Part shown: piece after piece, positions 1-35,931 of the stretch | Layout: the number at the start of each line of letters is the position of its first letter | Numbering within the stretch: position 1 is the stretch's first letter | Position numbers and translations under genes: made by a program | Notes under the pieces: generated by a model | Seen by the model: the letters and a program-made list of their open reading frames with translations, nothing else | The model's database searches: none | What the model was told of the DNA's origin: nothing | Assembly (NCBI RefSeq): GCF_018977255.1 | Contig: NW_024704743.1 | Span: 72,108,001-72,172,000, forward strand | Source: Callorhinchus milii | Lineage: Eukaryota | Reading direction: 5' to 3' | DNA: 64,000 nt

Positions 1-139
1 GGTAGCACTCTCACCCTGTAGTCAACTAATGTTAAACTTTACACAAAATAAGTATAATTTGCTAATTATATATTTCATAAACCTGTAGCTACACATCCTT
101 TAGGAGCACCTAGAGGTTTTATTTACATCACCATAACTA

Positions 140-670
140 TTGTGCAGCTCGTGTACTGTCCCGCACCAGGCTTCGCGACCACATCACTCCCACCCTCGCT
201 CGCCTCCACTGGCTCCCCATCCCCCAGAGGATCGATTTCAAGATCCTCATCCTCACCTACAAGGCCATTCACGGCCTCGCTCCCTCCTACCTCTCCGACC
301 TACTATCCCCCTACTTACCTGCCCGTACCCTCTGTTCCTCTGGCTCCGGTCTGCTCCACATCCCCCGCCCCAACTGCCCTACCATCGGTGGCCGGGCCTT
401 CAGCCTCTCAGCCCCGAGGCTCTGGAACTCTATCCCCCAGTGCCTTCGCCTCGCCTCCTCCCTTTCCTCCTTCAAGGCCGGTCTCAAGACCTTTCTCTTT
501 GACCGAGCCTTCAGCTCCCCTCTCGACTCTCTACCCCCTCCTCGCTCCCTCCCTTCCCTCCCCTCACCCTGACCATTTCCCCCCCTGCTCGGGTCCCGAT
601 CCAACTGTCCAGCGCCTTGGGACATCCTCCCGACATGAAAGGCGCTCTATAAATGAAATCTTGTCGTTGT
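140..670 (+). mobile_element. L2-clade LINE 3' fragment (young subfamily)
   Basis: Encodes LHWLP-x-x-x-RIDFKIL-type ORF2 C-terminus; tail CAGCGCCTTGGGAC..AAAGGCGCTCTATAAAT plus (TTG)n. Confidence 0.85.
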
Positions 671-689
671 TATATTTGCTGTTTACAGT

Positions 690-1170
690 GGGCAACCTGG
701 TTTAGTTGGATGCATTTTGTCTCTAAATCAGAAGGTTGTGATTAAAGTCCCATGTTAGCACTTTTAGTACTGGGGGAGGGCTGCATTGCCTGAGGTGCTG
801 TCCTTCGGATGAAATGCAAAACCAAAGACGTATACTTGTTTAGGGGAACTTTAAAGATTCCGTGGCACTATTTGAAAACAACAAACAACAAAATGACATT
901 TGTAAAGCGCCTTTCATGTCGGGAGTCGGTCCTGACTTGAAAGAAGCGAGGAAGTTCCTTGACGTGAAAAGAGAGAAGTTCCTCCCAGTGTTCTGGCCAA
1001 CAATCTCCCAGATGAAATTGGACTTTCACTTAATGGGTGTTTGTGCGACAAAACTGTGTGCAAATGGACAACTTAGTTTGGCTGCAAAATACACAGTCAC
1101 AATAGTAAATTTGCAGTAAATTCCGTGAACCTCTTTGAGATATCCTCTGAACAGGAAAGGTGTTACCAAA
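690..1170 (+). mobile_element. Degenerate tRNA-derived Deu-domain-type SINE
   Basis: TCAGAAGGTTGTG head and GCTGCATTG..GGTGC..CTTCGGATGA..AAACC core shared with 38895-39306. Confidence 0.6.
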
Positions 1171-1393
1171 TCCAAGGATTATTAATCATTGGGAAACTTT
1201 AACAAGTTGTCCTACAAATAGTGAATGGCCAGTTTATCTGGATGATTGGAGGAAAAACTTTTCAAATTGTGCAACTGAATCTTTAATGTTCACCTGAATG
1301 TAGGACAGCTTAACATCTCGATAACTGGAATTACTTGCACTCCTTGGGACGTCCTCCCGACGTGAAAGGCGCTATACAAATGTAATCTTGTAG

Positions 1394-2215
1394 CAACAAC
1401 AAATTTGTAGAGCATCTTTCACATCGGGAGGATGTTCCAAAGCACTGGACAGTCAGGGATTTGGAACCGAGCAGGTGGTTGGAATCGAGAGGGTAGGATT
1501 ATGAGGATGACATAAGGCTCAGTCAAAGAGGAGGGTCTTGAGATGTCCCTTGAAGGAGCGAAGAGAGGGAGCAAGGCGAAGGGAATGTGGGATGCAGTTT
1601 CAAAGGATGGGGGCAGAAAAGCTGAAGGCCCAACCTCCGATGGTGGGGCGAGTCGAGCGGGGTACATGGAGCAGGCCTTACCTTGCTGAGCGGAGGGAGT
1701 GGAAAGGTTGATATGGAGATAGCTGGCCAAAGAGGGAGGAGGGAGCAAGGCCATGGAGAGCTTTGAAGGCAAGGATGACGATTTTGAAATCTATCCTCTG
1801 GGGGATGGGAAGCCAGTGGAGGGTGTGGGTGATAGGGTCATGGAGTCCAGTGCGAGAGAGGACACGAGCTGAGGAGTTCTGAATGATCTGCAGCTTGTGG
1901 AGGGAGGAGTTGAGGAGGCCGACAACAGAGAGTAGGCATAGTGGGGCCAGATGTAACAAATGCATGGATGAGGTCTTGGTGGCCTGAGGGGAAATGCAGT
2001 GGCGGAAGCGGGTGATGTTGGTGGGGGAAGGCAGAGGGGGTCATGGCACAGATGTGGTGTAGAAAGGACAGTTGAGGGTCAAACAAGATGCCAAGGCTCT
2101 AGACTGGCTCAGTGAGGTGGAGTGTGCATCCATGGATGGTGATGCTGCCAGTGCATGGGATGTGGAGGCGCTGAAGGGAGTCAATCAGGAGGGCCTCGGT
2201 CTTGTCGACTTTCAA
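1394..2215 (-). mobile_element. L2-clade LINE 3' fragment, tail-to-tail with a short + strand tail at 1343-1390
   Basis: Minus-strand ORF pieces HAFVTS, KLQIIQNS, LHWLPIPQRIDFKI. Confidence 0.85.
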
Positions 2216-2526
2216 CTAGAGAACGTTAGCTCTCATCCTTTGAAATAGCAATGGCAGTGCAGATACCTTATGCCCATCTGAATTGCAAGGTGGAGAGAAC
2301 CTTAATTTAATAACACATTGAATGAATGGGATGATCTGGAAATAAATAAAATTGTATATAATGTTTGTTAAGGAGGCAAACACAGCGGCAGCAGGTTTTA
2401 AGGAAGATTTATTAAGTTTTATTAATTTGTTAAGTTTTATTAGGGAAGATCTTATTAAACAGACCCTTTTGTATTGTGACAAATTATTTTGAATCACGCT
2501 GAATTGTATTCTTGTTTTTCATGAAG

Positions 2527-26809
<24,283 letters not shown>

Positions 26810-27351
26810 CCATTAACCACAGAGATTCATCTGCCTCTACCAATCATAATTGTAGATCTACTCAGCCTCTGAATTGCCATGGATTACATAGACTCTTTGA
26901 AGACGCATCTTTTTGTTTAAACCTTGTAAGTAGTTTGGCTTTTGTGATATTTATACATATATGGAAAAATCATGTTTGATTTATTCCTTTTACTTTTAGC
27001 AAATACATAGTGGAGATTGATTACACACCTCTTCAAAGATTTGTTTCCAGATATCTATCTGCGGTGGTTATTTTTTTAACCTTGACCTTCAAGAGCAGTG
27101 CAATCATTGTTCACCAGCATGAGCTGTACTGTTAAAACAAATAATTTTGTAATTTTTTTAAAAAATCACTTATTTCTTGCTACTAGGTAAAAGAGCATGT
27201 TTATAATTGCTTTGACACACAATAACTTGTTAGTATTATTTTATAAAATGAGATGTTGATGTTATCAATCCAATAGCTGAAAAAAAATTGTGTTACTTTT
27301 CTTTTGAGCAGAAAAGGTCTGAAATGTACAGAGCAGATAATGTTTTTCTCT

Positions 27352-27437
27352 AATAAATTAATTATGTTTCTCCCATTTGGTAGCTTTCTGCCATGAACTT
27401 GCTGGATGAATGAAATTATTACTTGTTAATTAATAAA
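27352..27437 (+). terminator. Candidate KRIT1 polyadenylation signals (AATAAA at 27352 and 27432; a distal one at 28866)
   Basis: AATAAA hexamers in AT-rich sequence ~550-630 nt after the stop codon. Confidence 0.45.
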
Positions 27438-27664
27438 TGAACCAGTTATAATGCTCCCAGTATAGTGCTTATATAGTGGACCAGAAGTGCGGTATGCTTC
27501 TGGCACTAACTGGTCAGCTTCCTTTGCATAGCTTGCAGGCAGAGAAGGCATCTGGTGGTGTCTATCTGCTGAAAACACTCATGAGAGCATTTGCTGACTT
27601 CCTGTGTGAGAGAAGTGACAACCCAGAAGCACTGCCGTTTAGAACCCTCCTTTATAATTTGTTG

Positions 27665-27885
27665 TGCAAGTTTATGGAATTCACTACCCCAGAAGGCTGT
27701 AGATGCTCAGTCCTTGAACATTTTCAAGGCTGAGACTGATAGATTTTTAAAAAATAGAGGGATATGGGGATAGGGCAGGTAATTAGAGTTAGGTCAGAAG
27801 ATCAGCCATGATCTTATCGAATGGCCGGGCAGGCTCGAGGGTCTGAATGACCTACTGCTGCTCCTAATTATGTTCTTATGTTCTT
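27665..27885 (+). mobile_element. CR1-clade LINE 3' end
   Basis: WNSLPQKAVDAQSLNIFKAE plus GATCAGCCATGATC..GAATGG..GGCTCGA..GCTCCT tail. Confidence 0.82.
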
Positions 27886-29431
27886 TATGGACCCAAACCG
27901 CAATGGTTTCTGCTCAATCCTCACCTCCATGACCACTGTTGTTTAGCAGCTGACTGCCTGTTAAACATTAATTTCTAGATGAGCCTCAACTTTCTTCAGC
28001 TCAATCAACAAAAAAAAATTTCTATGCTATCCTGCTTCCTTCCCATCAACACCTCCTCATCTCACGCAATGACTCTATCGATTTCCCCGGTTGTTCCCTC
28101 CAACTCCCGGAGCCAGTGCACCAGCTCAACATTTTGTTTGAATCGGAACTCCTTCAAACCTTTCATCCAGAATCTAAGTTCACTTTCTTCCATCTCCGCA
28201 ATGTCGGCCACGACCACTACCTCACCCCTAATGGAGCTGAAACTCTCATCTGTGCTTTGTGACCGACCTCCAGATTATTTTTATCACAATGCCCTGCTTA
28301 CCAGCCTCCCTGGCTCCACCCTTCACAAACTCCAAACCGTCAGGATTTCTAACGCATATCCCCTCCTCACCCAACTTTGTTGCCTGCTTACCCCAGTGGT
28401 TCAATTTTAATATCGTCATCCTCCAGAACACCCCCAAAACCCCTGGGTCACTCCTTCCCTCTCTGCTTTCAAAGCTCACCTGATGATGTACTTTGACTAT
28501 TCTTTCAGTCACCAACCCCTCAACACTCTAGCTTCTTCCAGCTGGGGACCTGCTCAGCCTTTCTAAAACAGCTTAAGGTGTTTTTCAAATGTGACGGGCA
28601 CTATATTAGTGTAAATTGTTGTAGTAATAGTCCTCTCCTATTCCTTGTCTATATTTTCCTTGGTGCCTATAGAAAAACAAGTCTCACAATGTATTACGAT
28701 ATATAAAATGGTTTTTCATTCATCTACAACCTCATATTCCAGATGTAACATGTACTGTGCTTAGTAAGTGCTCTGTGCCATTTGCTTAATCATTAAACGG
28801 TTGTGATCAAAAAAGTGCTCCACAAATCCTAAGTCTGTGAGTGTACTGCTTAACCAGAGAGATGGAATAAAGTTATTTTTTACAGATTATCAGTGAGGTT
28901 ATTTTGTTCCACCTGGGGGTTGGGCACTTGAGTGATTCAATTGCTAATAGACTGATGTGTGGGTTCTGAATGAGAATATGCACAGTTGAAGGGTTATATT
29001 CACATATGCCAATGAATCCCAATGCTACTTCTCAGCTTTCACCATCAATTCCACCATTTGCTGTTCAGGCTGCCTGACATAAAATTTTAGAATAAACATT
29101 AATTTTCAACTAAGCAAAACTGAATCCATACTCCTGAAATCTTAATTTATATCTTCAGCACCTAAAAGAGAGACTTCTCCAATGTTCTGTTTGCCAGCCC
29201 CCCCTTGTCTAAATCTCTGCAATCTATCAATCCTATCCTCCCCACGCTCCACCTGCTCACAATTCTCTGGGTTATCCACTTTTAACATCCTTGTTCTGAC
29301 CTTCAACTCCCTCTGCAATCATCCCTTTCTACGTCTCACACACATACCCACTGTGGATGCCCTGAGCTCTCTCACACTGACCCACAGTGTGGGTGCTCTA
29401 GATTCTCATACTGACTGACAAACACTGACAA

Positions 29432-29453
29432 TCTCTCTCTCTCTCTCTCTCTC
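29432..29453. repeat. (TC)n microsatellite
   Basis: Direct dinucleotide run. Confidence 0.9.
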
Positions 29454-29475
29454 GCCGTGACGCACACATACGGTT

Positions 29476-30260
29476 AGTCACTGAGCTGGGCACTCTGTGT
29501 CCCACACACACACACAGTCACTGAGCTGGGTCCTCTGTGTCCCCCCACACAGTTAATCACTGAGCTGGGCTCTCCGTGTCCCCCCCACACACAGTCACTG
29601 AGCTGGGCTCTCCGTGTCCCCCCCACACACAGTCACTGAGCTGGGCTCTCTGTGTCCCCCCACCCCACACACACACAGTGACTGAGCTGCATCTCTGTGT
29701 CTCACACACACAGTGACTGAGCTGCATCTCTGTGTCTCACACACACAGTGACTGAGCTGCATCTCTGTGTCCCACACACACAGTGACTGAGCTGCATCTC
29801 TGTGTCTCACACACACAGTGACTGAGCTGCATCTCTGTGTCCCACACACACAGTGACTGAGCTGCATCTCTGTGTCTCACACACACAGTGACTGAGCTGC
29901 ATCTCTGTGTCTCACACACACAGTGACTGAGCTGGGTCTGTGTCCCACACACAGGGACTGAGATGGGTCTGTGTCCCACACACAGGGACTGAGATGGGCC
30001 TCTGTGTCCCACAAACACACCCAGTGACTGAGCTGGGACTCTGTCCCCCCCCCACACGCACAGTGGCTGAGCTGGGTGTCTGATCCCCACACAGGGGCTG
30101 AGCTGGGTGTCTGATCCCCACACAGGGGCTGAGCTGGGTGTCTGATCCCCACACACAGTGGCTGAGCTGGGTATCTGATCCCCACACAGGGGCTGAGCTG
30201 GGCTGGTGTGTGGGTGTGATCCCCACAGGGCTGGGCTGGTGGGTGTGATCCCCACAGAGC
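29476..30260. repeat. Minisatellite, ~35-bp unit CACAGTGACTGAGCTGCATCTCTGTGTCTCACACA with variant units at both ends
   Basis: CACAGTG recurs at 29674, 29709, 29744... (period 35). Confidence 0.92.
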
Positions 30261-33200
30261 TGGGTTGGGGTGGCTGGGGGTGTGGGGGGGGGGGTGTGGG
30301 GGTGGCTGGTGGGGTGGGGTGGCTGGTGGGGGTGGGGTGGCTGGTGGGTTGGGGTGGCGAGTGGGTGGGGGTGGGGTGGGTGTGGGGTGGCGGGTGGGGG
30401 TGGGTGGCTGGTGGGTGGGGGTGGTTGGGGGTGGCTGGTGGGTGTGGGGGTGGCTGGTGGGTTGGGGGTGGGTGGTGGGTTGGGGTGGGTGGCGGGTGGT
30501 TGGGGTGGCTGGTGGGTGTGGGGGTGGCTGGTGGGTTGGGGTGGGTGGGGTGGGGGTGGCTGGTGGGTTGGGGTGGGTGGGTGTGGGTGGGTGGGGGTGG
30601 ATGTGGGGTGGCTGGTGGAGGTGGGGTGGCTGGTGGAGGTGGGGTGGGTGGGGGTGGCTGGTGGGTGGGGGGTGGCGGCTGGTGGGTGGGGGGGGTGGTG
30701 GTGGGGGCGGGTGGGGGGTGGGGGGGGTGGGTGTGGGGTGGCTGGTGGGTGTGGGGGTGGCTGGTGGGTGTGGGGTGGGCTGGTGGGTGTGGGGTGGCTG
30801 GTGGGTTGGGGGTGGGTGGTGGCTGGTGGGTGGGGTGGGGGTGGCTGGTGGGTGTGGCTGGTGGGGGTGGGTGTGGCTGGTGGAGTTGGTGTGGGGTGGC
30901 TTGGTGGGTGTGGTGGGTGGCTGGTGGGTGGGGTGGCTGGTGGGGGTGGCTGGTGGGTGGGGTGGGGTGGCTGGTGGGGGTGGCTGTGGTGGGTGTGTGT
31001 GGGGTGGGTGGGTGTGTGCTATGGGGTGGGTGTGTGCTGTGGGGTCGGGTGGCTGGTGGGGGTGTGGGTGGGTGGGGGTGGCTGGTGGGTGGGGTGGCTG
31101 GTGGGTGGGTGTGTGTGGGCGTGGCTGGTGGGTGAGATGGTGGGGTGGGGTGGTGGGTTGGCTGGTGGGTGGGATGGGGTGGGGGTGGGTGGCTGGTGGG
31201 TGGGATGGGGTGGATGGGTGTGGGGTGGTGGGTGGTGGTGGGGTGGGATGGCTGGTGGGTGGTGTGTGCTGTGGGGTGGCTGGTGGGTGGGATGTGGTGG
31301 GTGTGCTGTGGGGTGGCTGGTGGGTGGGGTGGGATGGGTGTGGGGTGGGGGTGAGCTGTGGTGGCTGGTGGGTGGGATGGGTGGGTGGGATGGGGTGGCT
31401 GGTGAGTGGGATGGGGTGGGTGGGGTGGGTGGTTGGGTGGGTGGGGTGGCCGGTGGGTGGGATGGGGTGGATGGGGTGGGGTGGGTGGTGGGTGGTGTGT
31501 GCTGTGGGGTGGCTGGTGGGTGGGATGTGGTGGGGGTGTGCTGTGGGGTGGCTGGTGGGTGGTGGGATGGGTGTGGGTGGGATGTGCTGTGGGGTGGCTG
31601 GTGGTGGGATGACTGGTGGTTGGGATGGGTGGGGTGGGGGTGTGCTGTGGGGTGGCTGGTGGGTGGGATGGCTGGTGGGTGGGATGGGGTGGGTGGGGTG
31701 TGCTGTGGGGTGGCTGGTGGGGGGGTGGGGGATGGAGTGGGTGTGTGTGGGGTGGGGTGGTGGTGGGGGTGTGCTGTGGGGTGGCTGGTGGGGGGGTGGG
31801 GGGGATGGAGTGGGTGTGTGTGGGGTGGGATGGGTGGGTGGGTGTGCTGTGGGGTGGCTGGTGAGTGGGATGGGTGGGTGGGTGTGTGCTGTGGGATGGG
31901 TGGTGGGGGTGTGCTGTGGGTGGCTGGTGGTGGGGTAGCTGGTGGGGGGCTGGGATGGGGTGGGTGGGGGTGTGCTGTGGGAGGCTGGTGGGGGGTGGGG
32001 TGGGTGGGGGTGTGCTGTGGGGTGGGATGGGGTGGGTGGGGGTGTGCTGTGGGGTGGCTGGTGGGTGGGGTGGCTGGTGGGGGGCTGGGATGGGGTGGGT
32101 GGGGGTGTGCTGTGGGGTGGCTGGTGGGTGGGATGGGGTGGGTGGGGTGCTGTGGGGTGGCTGGTGGGTGGGATGGGGTGGGTGGGGGTGTGCTGTGGGG
32201 TGGCTGGTGGGTGGGGTGGCTGGTGGGTGGGGTGGCTGGTGGGTGGGATGGGGTGGGTGGGTGTGTGCTGTGGGGTGGCTGGTGGGTGGGATGGGGTGGG
32301 TGGGGTGTGCTGTGGGGTGGCTGGTGGGGGGTGGGGGGATGGAGTGGGTGTGTGTGGGGGTGGGTGGGGTGGGATGGGTGTGCTGTGGGGTGGCTGGTGG
32401 GGGGATGGCAGTGGGTGGGTGTGTGGGTGGCTGGTGGGTGGGGTGGGATTGCTGGTGGGGGTAGGTGGGATGGCTGGTGGGTGTATGGGGTGGCTGGTGG
32501 TGGGTGGGATGGCAGTGGGTCTGTGGGGTGGCTGGTGGGTGGGATGGCAGTGGGTGTGTGCTGTGGGTTGGCTGGTGGGTGGGATGGGGTGGGTGTGGGG
32601 GTGGCTGGTGGGTGTGGGGGTGGCTGGTGGGTGCTGTGGGGTGGGATGGGGTGGCTGGTGGGTGGGATGGGGTGGGTGGTGGGTGTGTGTGTGTGGGTGC
32701 TGGTGGGCTGGGTGTGGGGGGTGGCTGGTGGGTGTGGGGTGGCTGGTGGGTGTGGGGGGTGGCTGGTGGGTGTGGGGGGTGGCTGGTGGTGTGGGGGGTG
32801 GCTGGTGGGTGTGGGGGGTGGCTGGTGGGTGTGGGGGGTGGCTGGTGGGTGTGTGGGGTGGCTGGTGGGTGGATGGTGGGTGGTGGGGTGTGTGTGTGTG
32901 GGTGCTGGTGGGCTGGGTGTGGGGGGTGGCTGGTGGGTGTGGGGGTGGCTGGTGGGTGTGGGGGTGGGCTGGTGGTGTGGGGGTGGTGGTGGGTGGTGGG
33001 TGGGTGGTGGTGGGTGTGTGGGGTGGCTGGTGGGTGGGATGGGGTGGGTGGTGGGGGGTGTGTGGTGGGGTGTGGTGGGTGGGTGTGGTGGGTGGTGGGT
33101 GTGGTGGGTGGGGGTGGCTGGTGGGTGTATGGGGTGGCTGGTGGGTGGGATGGGGTGGGTGGGTGTGGTGGGTTGGCTGGGGTGGGGTGGCTGGTGGGTG

Positions 33201-34655
33201 TGGGGTGGTGGTGGGTGGGTGGGTGGGTGGTGTGGTGGGTTGGCTGGGGTGGGGTGGCTGGTGGGTGGGATGGCAGTGGGTGGGTGTGTGCTGTGGGGTG
33301 GCTGTGGGTGGATGGGGTGGGTGGTGGGGTGGGTGCTGGTGGGGTGGGTGTGTGGGGTGGCTGGTGGGGTGTGCTGTGGGGTGGGTGGGTGGGGGTGGGG
33401 TGGCTGGTGTGTGTGTGGGATGGCTGGTGGGTGTGCTGTGTGCTGTGGGGTGGCTGGTGGGTGTGGGGGGTGGCTGGTGGGTGGGATTGGGTGGGTGGGG
33501 GTGTGCTGTGGGGTGGGGGTGGTGGGGTGGCTGGTGGGTGGGTGGGGTGGGTGGTGGGGTGGGTGTGTGTGGGGTGGTGTGGGGGTGGCTGGTGGTGGGG
33601 TGGGGGGTGTGGGTGGTGGGGGGTGTGTGTGGGAGTGGGATGGCAGTGGGTGGGTGTGCGCTGTGGGGTGGGTGGGGGTGGGTGGTGGGATGGGATGGCA
33701 GTGGGTGGTGTGTGCAGTGGGTGGGGTGGGGGTGGGTGGGTGGGATGGTTGGTTTGGGTGGTGGGGGTGGGTGCTGGTGGTGTGTGTGGGGTGGGTGGCT
33801 GGTGGTGGGTGGGATGGCAGTGGGTGGTGTACACCCTGTGACTGAGGTGTGCGCTGTGGGTGTGTGTGGTGGTGGGTGGGATGGCAGTGTGTGGGGTGGG
33901 GGTGGGTGGTGGCTGGTGGTGGGTGGGATGGCAGTGGGTTGGTGTGTGCTGTGGGGTGGGGTGGCTGGTGTTGGGTGGGTGGGTGGGGGTGGGGGTGGTG
34001 GTGTTGGTGGGATGGCAGTGGGTGGTGTGTGCTGTGGGGTGGGGTGGCTGGTGTTGGGTGGGTGGGGGTGGGTGGTGGCTGGTGGTGGGTGGGATGGCAG
34101 TGTGTGGGGTGGGGTGGGGGTGGTGGGGTGGGGTGGCTGGTGTTGGTGGGGATGGCAGTGGGTGGGTGTGTGGGGGTGGGGTGGCTGGTGGTGGGTGGGA
34201 TGGCAGTGGATGGGGTGGGGTGGGATGGGGTGGGGGTGGCTGGTGGTGGGTGGGATGGGGTGGTTGGTTGGGTGGTGGGGTGGGTGCTGGTGGGTGTGGT
34301 GGGGTGGGGTGGCTGGTGTTGGGTGGGATGGGGTGGTTGGTTGGGTGGTGGGGGTGGGTGCTGGTGGGTGTGTGTGGGGGGGGTGGCTGGTGTTGGGTGG
34401 GATGGGGTGGTTGGTTTGGGTGGTGGGGGTGGGTGCTGGTGGGTGTGTGTGGGGTGGGGTGGCTGGTGTTGGGTGGGATGGCAGTGGGTGGGTGTGTGTG
34501 GGGTGGGGTGGCTGGTGTTGGGTGGGATGGGGTGGTTGGTTTGGGTGGTGGGGGTGGGTGCTGGTGGGTGTGTGTGGGGTGGGGTGGCTGGTGTTGGGTG
34601 GGATGGGTGGGGTGGGGGTGGCTGGTGGTGGGTGGGATGGCAGTGGGTGGTGTAC
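30261..34655. repeat. ~4.4-kb G/T-rich low-complexity tandem array (GGGGTGGCTGGTGGGTG, GGGATGGGGTGGGT and TGTGCTGTGGGGT variants)
   Basis: + strand is dominated by G and T, with degenerate short units. Confidence 0.95.
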
Positions 34656-34739
34656 ACCCTGTGGCTGAGGTGTGCGCTGTGGGGCTGAGCCTCACTCAAT
34701 GGCTGTGTCGCTGCTCTGAGCCCTGAGTGGCTGCTGAGC

Positions 34740-34925
34740 GCCGCCCCTGAGAGCGCCCTTTATGACATCATATAGTCAGACATCAGTAGAGCTCCACTCA
34801 GCCAATCAGCGCCCGATGTCATTGCCACGCGGAGATGCCATTGGCTTCGGATTCAAGTCCCGCCTTCCCGCCGCTAAACCACCAATCAGTGCCGAGTGCA
34901 GTGGTGCAGGTGAGGAAGGCAGAGC
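34740..34925 (+). promoter_or_regulatory. Putative CYP51A1 core promoter: CRE-like TGACATCA (34763-34770), NF-Y boxes (AGCCAATCAG 34800-34809, ATTGG 34840-34844, CCAAT 34882-34886), GC boxes CCCGCC (34859, 34867)
   Basis: Unique CpG-containing island directly upstream of CYP51A1; this motif set is typical of sterol-pathway promoters. Confidence 0.65.
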
Positions 34926-34933
34926 CACTCACT

Positions 34934-35931
34934 CAGTGAGTGAGTGTTGGGGCAGTGAGTGAGTGGCAGTGAGTGCAGTCAGTGAGTGAGTGAGGGGCAG
35001 TCAGTGTGTGAGGGGCAGTGAGTGAGTGAGGGGCAGTGAGTGCAGTGAGTGTGTGAGGGGCAGTGAGTGCAGTGAGGGGCAGTCAGTGCAGTGAGTGAGG
35101 GGCAGTCAGTGAGTGAGGGGCAGTCAGTGCAGTGAGTGAGGGGCAGTCAGTGCAGTGAGTGTGTGAGGGGCAGTGAGTGTGTGAGTGAGGGGCAGTGAGT
35201 GTGTGAGTGAGGGGCAGTGAGTGTGTGAGTGAGGGGCAGTGAGTGTGTGAGTGTGTGAGGGGCAGTCAGTGCAGTCAGTGAGTGAGGGGCAGTCAGTGCA
35301 GTGAGTGTGAGGGGCAGTCAGTGAGTGAGTGAGGGGCAGTCAGTGAGTGAGTGAGGGGCAGTCAGTGCAGTGAGTGAGGGGCAGTCAGTGCAGTGAGTGT
35401 GTGAGGGGCAGTGAGTGCAGTGAGGGGCAGTGAGTGCAGTGAGTGTGTGAGGGGCAGTCAGTGCAGTGCAGTGAGTGAGGGGCAGTCAGTGCAGTGAGTG
35501 AGTGAGGGGCAGTCAGTGAGTGAGTGAGGGGCAGTGAGTGCAGTGAGTGTGTGAGGGGCAGTCAGTGCAGTGAGTGAGTGAGGGGCAGTGAGTGCAGTGA
35601 GTGAGGGGCAGTCAGTGCAGTGCAGTGAGTGAGGGGCAGTGAGTGCAGTGAGTGTGTGAGGGGCAGTCAGTGCAGTGCAGTGAGTGAGGGGCAGTCAGTG
35701 CAGTGAGTGAGGGGCAGTCAGTGCAGTGCAGTGAGTGAGGGGCAGTGAGTGCAGTGAGTGTGTGAGGGGCAGTCAGTGCAGTGCAGTGAGTGAGGGGCAG
35801 TCAGTGCAGTGAGTGAGGGGCAGTCAGTGCAGTGCAGTGAGTGAGGGGCAGTGAGTGCAGTGAGTGTGTGAGGGGCAGTCAGTGCAGTGCAGTGAGTGAG
35901 GGGCAGTCAGTGCAGTGAGTGAGGGGCAGTC
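34934..35931. repeat. ~1-kb minisatellite of GTGA/GTCA/GTGCA/GAGGGGCA subunits
   Basis: Tandem GAGGGGCAGTCAGTGCAGTGAGT-type units. Confidence 0.93.

Noticed and set aside
1..2526. KRIT1 first coding exon (MGN...SYE)
   Set aside because: I could not find it here; the region is mostly LINE/SINE remnants, so the exon probably lies upstream of the window
29476..30260. Regularly spaced ~35-bp repeats resembling a CRISPR array
   Set aside because: Units are contiguous tandem copies without unique spacers, there are no cas genes, and the context is vertebrate
30261..34655. Functional Chi sites or bacterial contamination; telomeric repeat
   Set aside because: Chi needs RecBCD and the flanks are clearly vertebrate; the units are not TTAGGG
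29737..34726. Very long ORFs in many frames (up to 1652 aa; Pro/His/Thr-rich on minus, Gly/Trp/Val-rich on plus)
   Set aside because: They are by-products of an A-poor tandem array that rarely forms stop codons; several frames on both strands are open and there is no domain or splice structure
34800..34830. ER-stress element (CCAAT..CCACG or ATTGG-N-CCACG)
   Set aside because: Spacing is 18 nt rather than 9, and ATTGCCACG does not match ERSE-II
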